64,000 nucleotides of DNA from Balanoglossus misakiensis (Eukaryota > Animalia > Hemichordata). Below are positions 12,801 through 34,309 of the stretch, piece after piece; position 1 is the first letter of the stretch; each line of letters starts with the position of its first letter. The notes beneath the pieces are model-generated. The model was not told where the DNA came from. It made no database searches and was given only the letters and a program-made list of their open reading frames with translations. The stretch lies in the NCBI GenBank assembly GCA_040954595.2, contig CM082584.2, forward strand, positions 5,150,110 to 5,214,109, given 5' to 3'. The position numbers were made by a program, and so were the translations under genes.

Positions 12801-15800
12801 GTATATTACTTACTGTAGTTCCTGTGATTGTCATCCCTGTTTTCCATGTTGTTGTTTTTTGTAATTGCATAATAAATGTACATATAACCTTCATGTGTGT
12901 AATTCACCTAACAGTAATGACTGTATATTGACTGCTGTGCAATTATTTGAATTTTCAGGTTCCTAGTTTAGTCGGTTTATCGGGTGCAGCGCAGATTACA
13001 GCTCCCTTCGATTCCACGTTAGCAGCTCTAGGATTGCCCCAACCACCACCTTTACCTGGCAATGTCGACCCTTCTAAAATAGAAGAGATACGTCGCACTA
13101 TCTACGTTGGAAATCTTGACTCGCAGGTATATGATATATTTCAAGTACTTTATTCACAAAAATTAATTTTGTTCAAACAAAAGTAATCGTACTTTTTGTA
13201 TCTTTCAATACCATATGTGAACGCAGTGTTCCATCCACGATAGCATCAACAGGGGGGATACATGTATGCCCTCCTATGCCAGAATATTTGGGGGTAGGGG
13301 GGTTCCACTCTGACAAGAGGGAATGTAATATCTTCAACATGTGAGTGACATCATTTTAAGGGGCACTGGTCAGCCCATCACAAATTGCAAGGGGAGTGCC
13401 AACATATCAACAGGGGGTGAATCCCCCCATCTAGATGAAACACTGAATGAGTAAACTACAAACAGAAGTAATCTCAAATATGTTATTTTTCCTGTCTTTT
13501 CCGCCACAGACTGTCACTGCGGAGCAGCTGTTAAATTTCTTCTCGCAAGTCGGAGAAGTGAAGTACGTGCGGATGGCCGGCGATGAGACGCAGCCGACCA
13601 GGTTTGCGTTTGTTGAATTCAGTGATCAGAAATCTGTCGCAGCAGCGTTGACTTACAACGGTGTCATGTTTGGTGGGAGACCACTGAAGTAAGTATATCC
13701 ATCCACTTGTATTGCAGTGGCCTCACCTCGGACATTATATATGTTGGCTGATCATGAAGATATGAACCTGTGACTAGCAACAGCCCGTTTTAAACACACG
13801 AAGTTCAAAATATATATAAAGATGACTACTGTAATAGCCTGCAAATTAAATATTGCATTTTCCACATGTGTACATAAAATTGTCTCAAAAATATTAACTC
13901 ATCCATTTGGTATTCTTAAATTGCAAAGAAGGATTAGATGAATGTATGAATAGAAGTAACAGCCACATTCTAAATTATTAGAATGGAATAAAAAACGTCT
14001 GAATTCCCCATATTTGTTGAGACGTTTTGATGTCACAGGTGATATGATATTTCCCATATATTACCTAGTTCTCTCTAGTTACCAGTGATAGTGAATGTAT
14101 GTTACTTTCTCTTTCATCAGAATCAATCATTCCAACAATGCCATTGTGAAACCACAGACCAAAACCCCAGAAGCTGCGGCCAGAGAAATGGAAGAGGCAA
14201 TGAAAAGAGTACGCGACGCACAGGCACTGATACAAGCAGCTATAGACCCAGGTATTTACCTTTATATTAGGTCTTCAACAATGATCTGTGTTGCCCACCA
14301 CCAAAGCATGTCATGTGTAATGTGTGAGGGTTTTTTCTTTAAATCGCGTTCACTTTGTACATGTACATCAGCAGCCTTTTATTTCTTCTGCTGGCAATCA
14401 CAACTACTAAATTGTTGTGATCTGCTGTTTTAGTGAAAAAGTCGGTGAATGTTGGTGCTTGTATGTTTGTTGGACCCATTCTGTGCGAGAGAACTGCACC
14501 AACATGGCTTCCAGTGATATGCACAGCAGTGAAAAATGATGTGAAATTTCTGTGCCATATCATTAGGTACACTGACTTCAACAGCAAAGAAAGTCTGCCT
14601 CTTAGTCTTAGCCTGTGCACATTGTTATTCATGTAGGGGGCATGTCTCTAATTTATTGGTCCTATAGACATACCATAGACGCAACTTACTGCAATAATTA
14701 CCTGTTTCTTCAAAATTCAAAGCACAGTGCTGATGTATAGCTGGAAACCTTTTTTTGGCAGTCAGTGTGCATCTTACATTAATTATTTCTCTTTCAGCTT
14801 TACTTCTGTCAGAAGATGGTTTGTGTGGAGAAATAAAAATTAGGGATTTGAAATGACTGCTTTGGTGGTAACAGTGTTGACTTCCTAACACCCTTTTCCT
14901 TACAGTGAAATGTGTGTGTTTATCTCCTTGGCCATCTCAATTTATTTTTATCTTGTAGAGTTGGGTCCAAAGGCAGGCTCAAGTACCGATGGTAAATAGC
15001 TTTCTCAATACAAACCCATTACAGTGTATCTGTTCTGTGAGCTAGGCTCTGAAAGAGAGAGAGGTTAGGGTCACTCAAGTGGCTCCCCTAGGCAGGCGTG
15101 AAATCATCTGTCAGCTGATTTGCTGAAGCACAGGTATCATTTCGTGTGAAAATTCTGGCGAACTCGAGTATCGATCCTCCAAGATCTGTAAGGAACCTAG
15201 CATGTTATACATTATTGCAACATCTCCCTGTAACCTCCAAATATTTCTTTTTTGTTTCTTTTGTTTCTTTCGACAGAGTTCAAGGAAGTCGAACCGGAGG
15301 TCAAGAAGAAGAAGAGCCGTTCGCGCTCCAGGTCCCGAGACAGACACAAGAGGTCGCGCTCACGCTCCAAGTCAAAGCGTAGGTCGAGGTCGCCCTCCCG
15401 AAGACGTTCAAGGTCGCGGGGGCGCCACTCCAGATCTCCCAGAAGGCGGTCTCACAGCCCACGGCGCAGGCGTTCACGTTCTCGCAGCAGAGGCAGAGAC
15501 AGGCGCAGATCTAGGTCAAGGTCAAGGTGGGTAGCATTTGTCATCTGAGGATGTTTGTAGCCAGCCAGTAAGAATTGTTATTGTAAGAAAACAAATCTTA
15601 TTGTAAGGCTACAACGTACTGTCAGTGCTGTGTTATTTCTTGTGAGAAAATCTAGTTTTGCAGTTCAGTGGCACACAGTTACTGTTGAGTTTTATTGTTG
15701 AATTATCATGTGTGTGTAACCACTCCAAGACAAATTGCAAATGGTAAGAAAGGTTTGGAGATTGAATTAGTAAGCAGATGACCTGGATTGTTGATCAGTG

Positions 15801-18800
15801 GTTTATCAGTTTATAATGTTTTGATTTTTTTTCACAGAGACCACAAACGCTCAAGAACGCCACCACGTAGTTACAGAAGTCGATATACACGAAGTAGAAG
15901 CAGGTATGTGGTTCTTCAATCCTTCTTTACGTATTGACATCGTCTGTGCATCAATCCTTCCACTGCCAAAAATCAATGTCAATCACTGCCCTCAATGTCG
16001 TGGATCTCTTTGTACTTGGCAAACACTCATCAGATTCTACAAAATATGAATGTGAAATTAATATGAGCAGGATTTTGAATTGAACTTGGTTGTGGAAGGT
16101 TTGATGTCATAGATCTGTGAAATATACATTTGTAATGTTGGTGAGAGAACTCACATTAACTGTGCAGTGTTTTCAAATTCATAGACTATAGTGTAACATG
16201 GGAGTTATTTGTACTGAATTGCTGTAGCTTTCTGATTTGTGGACTATGAGACAAAGTTAATACTTCAAATCTTGTTTCTTATGTGACATGAGAGCTATTT
16301 ATTTCGTATTTTGCTGCTTATGCTCAATGCATTACAGTACTGTTTTAAAACCATAACAGATAGCTGTTCAATTATATTTCTATAAATATTTTGTTCGAAA
16401 TTGCAATAAATGGCACTTCCGTATTTGCAGTCATGTTGGAATAGCTACAACAGTTCATGTCAACATTTAACCCTTTCACCCCCAGTTCCCTCTATAGAGG
16501 TCAAACCTTACCATAGAAAACAATGGGTTTGGACTGAACCATGGTGGTGAAAGGGTTAATAAGGGGTTTGCAGTTGGATAATTCTGTCAACATTTTTTTT
16601 TCAAAAGTCTCATGGTATATTATGTATTGTAATAACTTGACAGATAAAAAGAAAACTGAAAATATGAAAAACTGTCCAACAGAATGAATGAATTTATGCA
16701 AAGACCTGAGAGCAATTTATTCTGCTTGGAACCTCATACAATATAGCCACTGTGTCACTTCATTTCCTAGTCACTACGCACAAAGCATAACCTCAATGAT
16801 TTCAGAAGGCACACTTAAGCTTGTCAATCATTACAGAGATCATGTCTCAGTGTGTGCAAAATTCTCAATATCAACGAAGAATGCATAGAAAAAGGGGGAA
16901 CATGGCATCAACAAATAATCAGACAGTGATTGTCAAGAAAGACTCATAGATATATATGTATAATGGTTCATCAGTTTTCATCTTCTGTGTTGTGTTAAAC
17001 TTGCATCCCTTCATTTACCCAAAGAATTCTGGTCATCATTCCTTTTCAAACGACCATTATTTCTCACAGTGGAGTTGTATGAGCAATCCATGTAAAGATT
17101 CACTTTCACAATGATATTACAGTTTGAATGGGCTAGAGAATAGTTGAGCATTTCTACTACTATGTTTGAGAAGTGATGTCCTGCAAGTCACAGAACTTAT
17201 TTGAGGCTGAAATATTTTTTTGAAAAGAGAAAGTTCAGCAAGACTGGTTGTTACATATGCACTAGCTTTTGGTACAGTTATTCAGGAAAAGCCATTAATT
17301 TTACTGTGGAGAACTCAGGCAGTTTTTAAAAAAATAGTTGACAGTTGCATTCTAGGGCTTCGTAGCAAAATGGCTTTTTGTGAATAACTGAAGTTAGCAC
17401 ATATATAAAACTCAGCCTTGCTGAATTTCTCTGTTTAATATATGTCTCTTGCCAGGCAAAATCATTGTATATTCATTTGAGAATAATATAATGCAGCCAT
17501 GTGTTTTCTACAAACTACCGTGTGGAAGGTTGTGTTTTTTCCAGGCCAATACAAACTCATTATCATCACAATTACTTGTAGTGTTATGTAAATTATCAAT
17601 CACATATGAAATACAATGATTTTGTATGGAGAGTTATGTATTAAGTAGCCATATTCAATCTGCAGACCCCAATACGCAAATAAGGTACAGGGAAGATAAA
17701 AAGCACTGATGAGATTTGTATAAACTCATCCATATATTTATTTTAACCTTTACAAAACACTGCATGTTCTGTTATAACTTACACAAGCAACTCACACACT
17801 GTCTCTAATGGTGAAGTTATTTTTCCCTGTCATATTTTATTCAACAGTCCCAGTGGTGCAACAGGGATAAATGGCAAGACAGGGTAAATGCGCTCTATTT
17901 TGCACCCACATTTTTATTTGCGTTTCACCAAAATCTGTCAAAACCAGATACTGACGAGATTCTGTTTTGTTGAGTCAGAGAGGTTGTTGCTTTAAATACA
18001 GTTTCTCTAAAAGTGAAGGGGTCGTTGCGCTGCATTTGTTTGTTTATAACATTGCAGTTCATCCACAAATCCCTGAAATTATATAATTCTTAGAATGAAC
18101 AAAGCAGCCAACCGTAGTGTAGACTGGGCATGACAGCAACTGAAGATCCTAGTAGGTCATGGCCACTGCAGTGGGGTTTGCGCTGGTATGGGAAGACATA
18201 TTCTCATCAAGGGGGACACCCACGCGGCGCGACGACCGCTTCCCTTTAACATTGCATCTTGGGAAACTGATACAGGGGTTCCATCTAGACGAGTTGCAGA
18301 GTGAAACCAGATTTTCACTTAAGAAGGTTGACTATTGCGATAGGGATTTATTTACACATGGTTTTGTTATCATTGACAAATGCCGCTTTAGGCCAAGACA
18401 AAATTGCCGGTATGTGGTTCTGATAATTTATCAAATATAGGCTAGTTTGATACTTCCATGTCGATTTGACTCAAAAAAGTTTAGTGGTAGTGGATAAAGG
18501 TTAGTGTAGGCAGGATCATCAGAACAACACCAAAATTTTCACTATAGCCTTCAAAAATTCCACTATAGATGAAGGGGGAAAAGGGTTGTCACTTGATTTT
18601 TCTGAAATTAAGAGCAATACTGTGTACGAGTATTAACCAAAGAATGTAAATTTCTTTGGCTGGAGCCAGAGTCACTCTAAAGAAAAAAATATTTTCACTG
18701 AAAAATCACATTATGGTGATTACCACAATATCTTAAACCTTTCATTGTGTGAATAGTGACACCTGGAAACCGATTTTCAAACTATAGTATCATTGTATTT

Positions 18801-20891
18801 AAGTGTGGCCTATTACAACTTACACAAGCAACTTACACATTGTCTCTAATGGTGAAGTTATTTTTCCCTGTCATATTTTATTCAACAGTCCCAGTGGTGC
18901 AACAGGGATTATTGGCAAAACAGGGTAAATTGAAAAAAAAATTGTCGTTGTAAAAATATCTCTGAACTATTTTAATTAAGGCACATTAGAATATATGATG
19001 ACTTCAATGTTACAAAAGGATTATCATTGAAGTGTATTGTTTATTACTTGTGAACACTTTTTCATTTTTATTGATCTGACATTCCACCTGAAGTAAATCT
19101 GAAGGAAAATTCTAAATTCTTCTTTCCTGCTTGTTGACAAGATGCACTCACAATGAAAGGGGTTGTTTTCATTTTCAGCAAAAAAATAACATTTCAGAGT
19201 AATACTGATAGTTGTTATGAGTGTTGAGTATAAACTCTGATCAGGAAATGCTGTAAACACTATTCCGTGTCAACTCTATATGCCAGTGGAGAATTTGAAA
19301 CTGTTTTTTGTGCATTGGGGGGGGGGGGGAGCTTGAAACATAATTTTTGAAAGGACCTTGAAACCATATTATTTTACTGAAGTTGGGAATCTTGTGAAGT
19401 ACATGTATTGTCTTAAAAGTGGGAAACTTGAAACAAATGGGATTTTGCATATTTTGTTCACAAGAGTGAATTAACCATGACTTGGCCTCAAAGTTCAGAG
19501 TACATTGTAAATGGCAATGCCAAAAGTTTGTCATTCTGGTCTTGAAAGCAACAAAGCATACTCAATTTATATCTTCTCTTTTGAATTGAATGTTCAGGAG
19601 TAAAATATATCATTTTGTTCAATTTTCTGCTGATAAATTGAAATTTCTGAAAACAACCAATGTACTGATAAATACACTTTTTCTCATCTTGAAAATTGAC
19701 TACATCCCTAAGCGAGCGTCTTCATTTCCTCTGAATTTGCAATATTTTGTTAGCTTCTTGATATGAGCAGAGTATCCCTGAAAAACATGTATATGAGTGT
19801 GTCTTGCTTTATAATGGCCACATTGGGTGCCTGGTGATACATATATACTGTACTGGGTATTACTGTTTCTTGTTGAATAATATCCAAATCTCTTGTGTCT
19901 CTGTAGGGAACGTCGTCGCAGAAGTCGTAGTCCCAGGATACGTAGATCGAGGTCCAGAACCAGAAGATCTCCAAAGAGACGATCGCGATCATCTTCTGAT
20001 TCACCAAAAAGAAAGTGAGTGATTGTTTTGTATCTGCTTTTCATATCAGTTGATACTAGTTGGGGAGTGGGCAGATTTTTGGTACAGCATTGCTGCTAAT
20101 TAGCATAATGTATGCATATTTATGCATACTGCGGTACATGGACCGTAGTTCAGCCAGGATTGATGACCAGTTTAACCGCTCAGAACAAAACCTGGTGACT
20201 TGGACAGCTGCAGTGTGATCCCATTTTCTCTGCGCACTCAACTCTTGCTGTCTTCTGGGCTGAATCAGCATTTTCATAACAGAGTTCATACATTTGTACG
20301 TGAATGTTACAAAGCAAAGACATGATGACCACAAGTATAGGAAAAGGGTGGTAGAATTATGACTGTTGTAGTAATCATAACGTTCTAACATATAACAGGT
20401 TTTAATAGTTATTTCTGTTATAGTGCATAGAACTGAACAAGATGGCTGCCATAACAAGTACAACTTTATTCCAAAGCTTAGGGGGTCCTTGTAATACAGT
20501 AGGACTACCTGGGTTACTGAGTACACCCTATAACAATTTCCACTCATACTTTCTCAACAGGCGCAAGAAGAAGGATAAAGATCGTGATCGGGACCGTGAT
20601 CGAGAGCGCGACCGCAGCCGCGAACGAGACCGCAGCAAGAAGCACAAGCGAGACAAAGATCGCGACAGAGATCGTGACCGAGACCGCGATCGAGACCGGG
20701 AGAGCAAGTCGAAGGAGGTGAAGGTGACTAGAGACTACGACGAAGAAGAGAAAGGTTACGACAGCGAGAAAGAGCGGGAAAGCAGCGGCAGCAGCAAAGA
20801 GCAACAAAACGACGAACGAGAAATCAAAGAGGAGAGACAGTTCAGCCCAAAGGAAAATACAGAAGAAATGGATATGGACCTTAGTGATTGA
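9844..20891 (+). CDS. SRSF11/SREK1: SR splicing factor of the SRSF11 (p54)/SREK1 family; two RRMs, RS domain and RD/RE-rich tail
   Basis: Exons 9844-9965 (MGGTTRVIQVTNV), 11355-11488 (AQHLTNTVFIDRALIV), 11869-11993 or 12038, 12959-13126 (KIEEIRRTIYVGNL), 13510-13688 (MAGDETQPTRFAFVEF), 14121-14251, 14959-14991, 15277-15526 (RS repeats), 15838-15903, ~19907-20014, 20561-20891 (stop TGA). Phases checked are compatible. Confidence 0.95.
10502..10815. mobile_element. piggyBac-type MITE, copy 2
   Basis: TTAACCCTAACGCTGCC...GGTAGCAATAGGGTTAA; same length and orientation as copy 1. Confidence 0.85.
12600..12736. mobile_element. CTGTAAAAC-family MITE, internally deleted and opposite orientation
   Basis: TACTGTAAAACAGTTATTTTCGCGA...GAAAATAACCTGTTTTACAGTA. 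Confidence 0.75.
13224..13446. mobile_element. hAT-like MITE remnant
   Basis: CAGTGTTCCATC...GATGAAACACTG imperfect TIR; no clear 8-bp TSD. Confidence 0.45.
16467..16559. mobile_element. Short (~90 bp) TTAA-flanked piggyBac-like MITE family
   Basis: TTAACCCTTTCACC...GGTGAAAGGGTTAA; related copies near 1085-1160, 24094-24178, 30694-30786 and 35337-35430. Confidence 0.75.
17775..18930 (+). repeat. Direct duplication of ~115 bp (17775-17889 and 18816-18930) in an SRSF11/SREK1 intron, each copy containing a candidate 36-nt exon
   Basis: Near-identical AACTTACACAAGCAACT...TTTTATTCAACAG TCCCAGTGGTGCAACAGGGAT...ACAGG GTAAAT. Confidence 0.85.
18007..18249. mobile_element. Kolobok-like (TTAA-AGGG...CCCT-TTAA) non-autonomous element, copy 1
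   Basis: ~25-bp imperfect TIR (GAAGGGGTCGTTGCGCTGC / GCGGCGCGACGACCGCTTCCCTTTAA); second copy at 50183-50414. Confidence 0.65.
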
Positions 20892-23800
20892 ACACTGCCA
20901 TTGTTAAATGATGTACCATTGGAAACCATGTTGAAAGTCGGGACTTTTCTATCCCACATGAACAGAACAGAAGTCTTGACATAGACTACATCTCTGAATC
21001 ATTGTTTTGACCAGATAAATTGTCACTCAATCATAACTTGTTAAATAGCTGTCAATATTGTATCTATATCAGGTAATCATTGACCAGCAATAAGTAGCCT
21101 AAGTTTCCTGCCAGAGTTTCCTAGTTTCTTCCATAGAATTACTGATCGACAACTAGGTGTTTTTTTCCTGAGAGGTGTACTGTCTACGAGATTTATGCCA
21201 TGTGTTGTCAGTGAGATCTCTCTCAGATATTTTCACTACGTATTTGTTGAAGTCACAACTGAATGTCGATGAACATTGCTTATTGCTTCACATGTACACC
21301 ATATCTGTTGCAGATGGTTTGTACATGCATCATGGCAAAAGTTTCATTTGCATTTTTTTTGTCAAATCAAATTTTGTTCTTGTTATCCTCACTTGGCCCA
21401 TGCCCTTTCATGTTTGTAATTTGGATCCTTATGTTAAACAAAGTTTAGGCTCGGCACAATCTGAAGCCACAAACAAAAACAGAAATTGCCTTAATTCATT
21501 TGTTTTTATTCATTCATTCATCCATCCATTCATTCATTCATTCATAACATGGTTTGTCGTTCCAAATGTTCACTTTCAAAGTATTATTTTTTACAAGAGA
21601 GAATGATACTTTAGTTTCTAGTATAGTGAATTAAAGATTTTTCCCAAAAATACCATAGCTGTGTCTGTCGTCGCATTGTCAGCACACATCGTGAAGGCTT
21701 CGTGCATGACTGAATGATTCAATGATGAATTGTCATACCAAAACAACTTGCAAAGCTGTATCCTTTGATATTACAGCTTAAATACATTTCCCACATCCCC
21801 AATACTATAATGAGGATGTGCAATTTAGCTCAAGTCTCTCACACCACTATTGTAGAGAGTAAATCGGTTTCCTAGACTGCTATCCACAGACTGTTCTACA
21901 GTGCAATATTCTCCCGAATACCGAAGTTGATAAACCACTATCCATTTCCCTTCCAATATTTTATAAGCAGTAAAAACCACCAGGACTGACACAGGTAGCA
22001 AGACCATCATATAAGCTATAGACCCTTCAGTCTATAGTAGCTAAGAACTCATATTACTCACTTGCCATCAACCTGGTGTTTATAAAGCTGTCCCTTAGAA
22101 TCTAAATTTGTATATATATGGTCCTCGATGCTTTTGTCATAGATTTTTACAGACAGGGGCACTGAAGGCTGCCCTCTGTGGCAACCAGTGGAAAAGTATG
22201 CTGGTATTGGTTACCTACCTGACTGGCTGCGGTTTCCATGATTGTGATCGGCCCCTTTACACCCAATAAATTACTTCAATGTCTACCCATGTTGAATGTG
22301 TATCAAGATTGATAAAGATGGTCATATGCCTATTTCAAACTGTCAAATGGTGACTCAGGCCCTTATGGGTCCATGGTTCAATCGATCATTGAAGAAAAAT
22401 GCTGACTCATCATTTTTCGCCAGTAGTTTGCCTATGGGCAAACTATTTAACAAAGTTTATCTCAAAATACAGCATGGTGACCATACGATTTTACTTGACT
22501 AGCTATGTTTAAAATTTCATGAAAATGACAATAGTAGAAGTGAGGTTTCCAGCAATCTCAATGTAATCCCTTGGCAAGCGACAAAAGTAAAAAAAATTGC
22601 GCAGTTCAATATTTAGGTTAACATTCTGCGGGTACATGTACATGTACATCCGTAATTTGGCTTGATTTGAAGCCCAAAAAGCCTATTTCTGCCAAAGCAC
22701 TATTTGCCTTCAGTATGTGAGATCACAACGACTGACCCTCGATCTGTATTTGAACAAGTTGAAATATGGGTGATTTGTCAAGACCAGTATCCACAAACAA
22801 AATTATCCGAAACATATTTCAACTTGGACCCAAGAACATTCATTCAGGGACAAAATTTGTCTTGTAGAAGCAACAAAGATAACACATCATCATTTCAGTG
22901 ACAGTAGAGAATTCACGCATTATAATAAAAGCACATCTCGCATAAGTGGTTAGAGTGACTGCTTTATTGCTTAAAACACCATATTCATGTCAAAGTTACA
23001 ACTCACACTTCAAAAAAATATAGTTGCCAGTAAAATGCTATTTGGTCATTTGTTTTCATATTCAATTTGTTAGAAGTATACAGCAGTACAGCGATAATAC
23101 CCTAAGACATTGTTTCCTGAAAGACTTCATCGAACACCATTAGATATAATGGTTCTCACAAGATGATGGCTTACTCTATAAATTGAGTCGCTCTAATATT
23201 CTTATTAGCAATACAGCTATGCCAACTTGATATGTATTTTTGCAAACAATAATATAGCTGTGTGATGTGATCAGTGGAAATCAGCCCATGATATCTGCAC
23301 ATCAGGCAAATTTAAAATTAATACAAAAATGGGGTGCGGAACAAGCAATTGGCCAATTCAGTACATTGGATTTTAATCTCATTTTTAAAATGTGTTTGAG
23401 TTCAGCTGTTGTCTGCAGGAATAGTCTAGAGTTTGACATGACAGTGAAGCACCCCAATGGAAGACCTAACTATGGACAGGAATGAGACGAACAGGTTTCA
23501 TCTTTAAAGTTTTAAGTAAATGTGGTTATAACAGCACACAATATCTCACCATGATATCAAAGTTGATATCATTTTGTCACCGTAATATTATTTTGAATAA
23601 AACTGCATACTAGACTGGCAGTCTTGCATATATACCACATCAAATACCTCCTTCTATACAAGTCAAAGCAGAAAGACATGAAATCCTTGTAACAACACAT
23701 TTTTGTGCGTTAATACATGTTCCCTTCACAAAAAGAACATGGCCACAAAAGGATCATAATTTTTATGACATAATAAACTTGGCTGTGTACATGCATGTAA

Positions 23801-24490
23801 ATACTGCTATGATCCTGGATCCTTGCAAGTTTCAGTCAAATGGTCAAAGAACTTAGACAGCAAAGGGAAGAGTTTTGATTATTTTGTTAACCATTGTATT
23901 AAAACCAGAAATTCACAAACATCTGCTGATTGTGTTTTAGGCTGAACACAAATTACCAGACTTGCTTGAGTATAGAAGTTAATCCCACTGACAGGTGTTG
24001 TCAACATCAAAAGCTGAAGCTGGGCCAGATATTTATGGATTTCTGTTGGCCATAATAAAAGCTCTGTCAGATGCCAAATACTGTTATAGTACTTTAACCC
24101 ACTTACCACCGTGGTTCAATTCATCCCTTGATTTCCAAGGTACAGTGCGACCAAAGGGTGCAGGGGTGAAAGGCTTAAATGTTAAAGTGAGATACTATAG
24201 GTGTGATAGAGATGCCCAGTGCTGTTAGTAAATATCAGCAATGTTGTTTGGTCCAAATTCGTTGTTTTCTAGTTGAACCAAAGGGTGCACAGGTGAAAGG
24301 GTTAAATATATGAGACAGACAGCACCATTTTGAATCATTCAGGCAATCAATTTTCTGTTCTGGTCTTCTTTTTCAAGAGATTTCGAAAGAGCTGAAAACT
24401 TTCTCTAACTATTGGTAAAATGCAAATCACACTTCCAGGTTTTTTCCTGTCTTCCCTGACATGACACAGCATTTCGTAACCATCCATACA

Positions 24491-33724
<9,234 letters not shown>

Positions 33725-33975
33725 GTTGCAAAGTGAGCGTGAAAGTGAACTTGTGACACGTGAACACCGGTGAATGAACTCCCTAGGACGCGCGATATTT
33801 GATTGTACAAATGGAACCGGATTGAAACCCAGTAAATTGCTCAAAACCCTGGTACCGGTGTAGTACACTGCACGGCACGATGTCATTCATAAACACAAAT
33901 GACACAACGTCCTAAAAATGAGGCGAGTGGGCGGCTGAATTTTATCCCTGTCTGAACCCAGAACCAACGATGTCG

Positions 33976-33996
33976 GCCACCTCTAGATGGCGCTCT
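33976..33996 (+). promoter_or_regulatory. CTCF-like motif within the CTH/HSD11B1L divergent promoter
   Basis: CCTCTAGATGGCGCTC closely resembles the CTCF consensus CCASYAGRKGGCRS; it lies between start codons 33724/33886 (-) and 34310 (+). Confidence 0.55.
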
Positions 33997-34309
33997 CTAC
34001 AAAACGGGTCATTTTCTTGAGGGTTGTGGCTTCACAGTTGATTTACCAAAACAGTCAGATAACAAAGTGTAACATAGTGATAGCTATGTACAATCTGATT
34101 CAGTGATTAATTCAGATGTAGACAGTCTGTAGAGTTGGGCGCTGGCAGCGCACCCAGCGGAATGTTGATATCGATCAGGCCTGGTGCCAGTGGTTGAAAT
34201 GGGGCGTGTATATTGAACACGCAGCCCCCTTCGCAAAAATTGTCTGTCCCTTATTGCCCAGCGGGCAGAGTCCAGCGATTCTCCTGTCGACAGATTATAG
34301 ACGTCGGCC

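Noticed and set aside
18995-19079. ATGATGA...CTGA with a short terminal stem (C/D snoRNA-like)
   Set aside because: Very AT-rich, no convincing rRNA or snRNA guide; such motifs are expected by chance.
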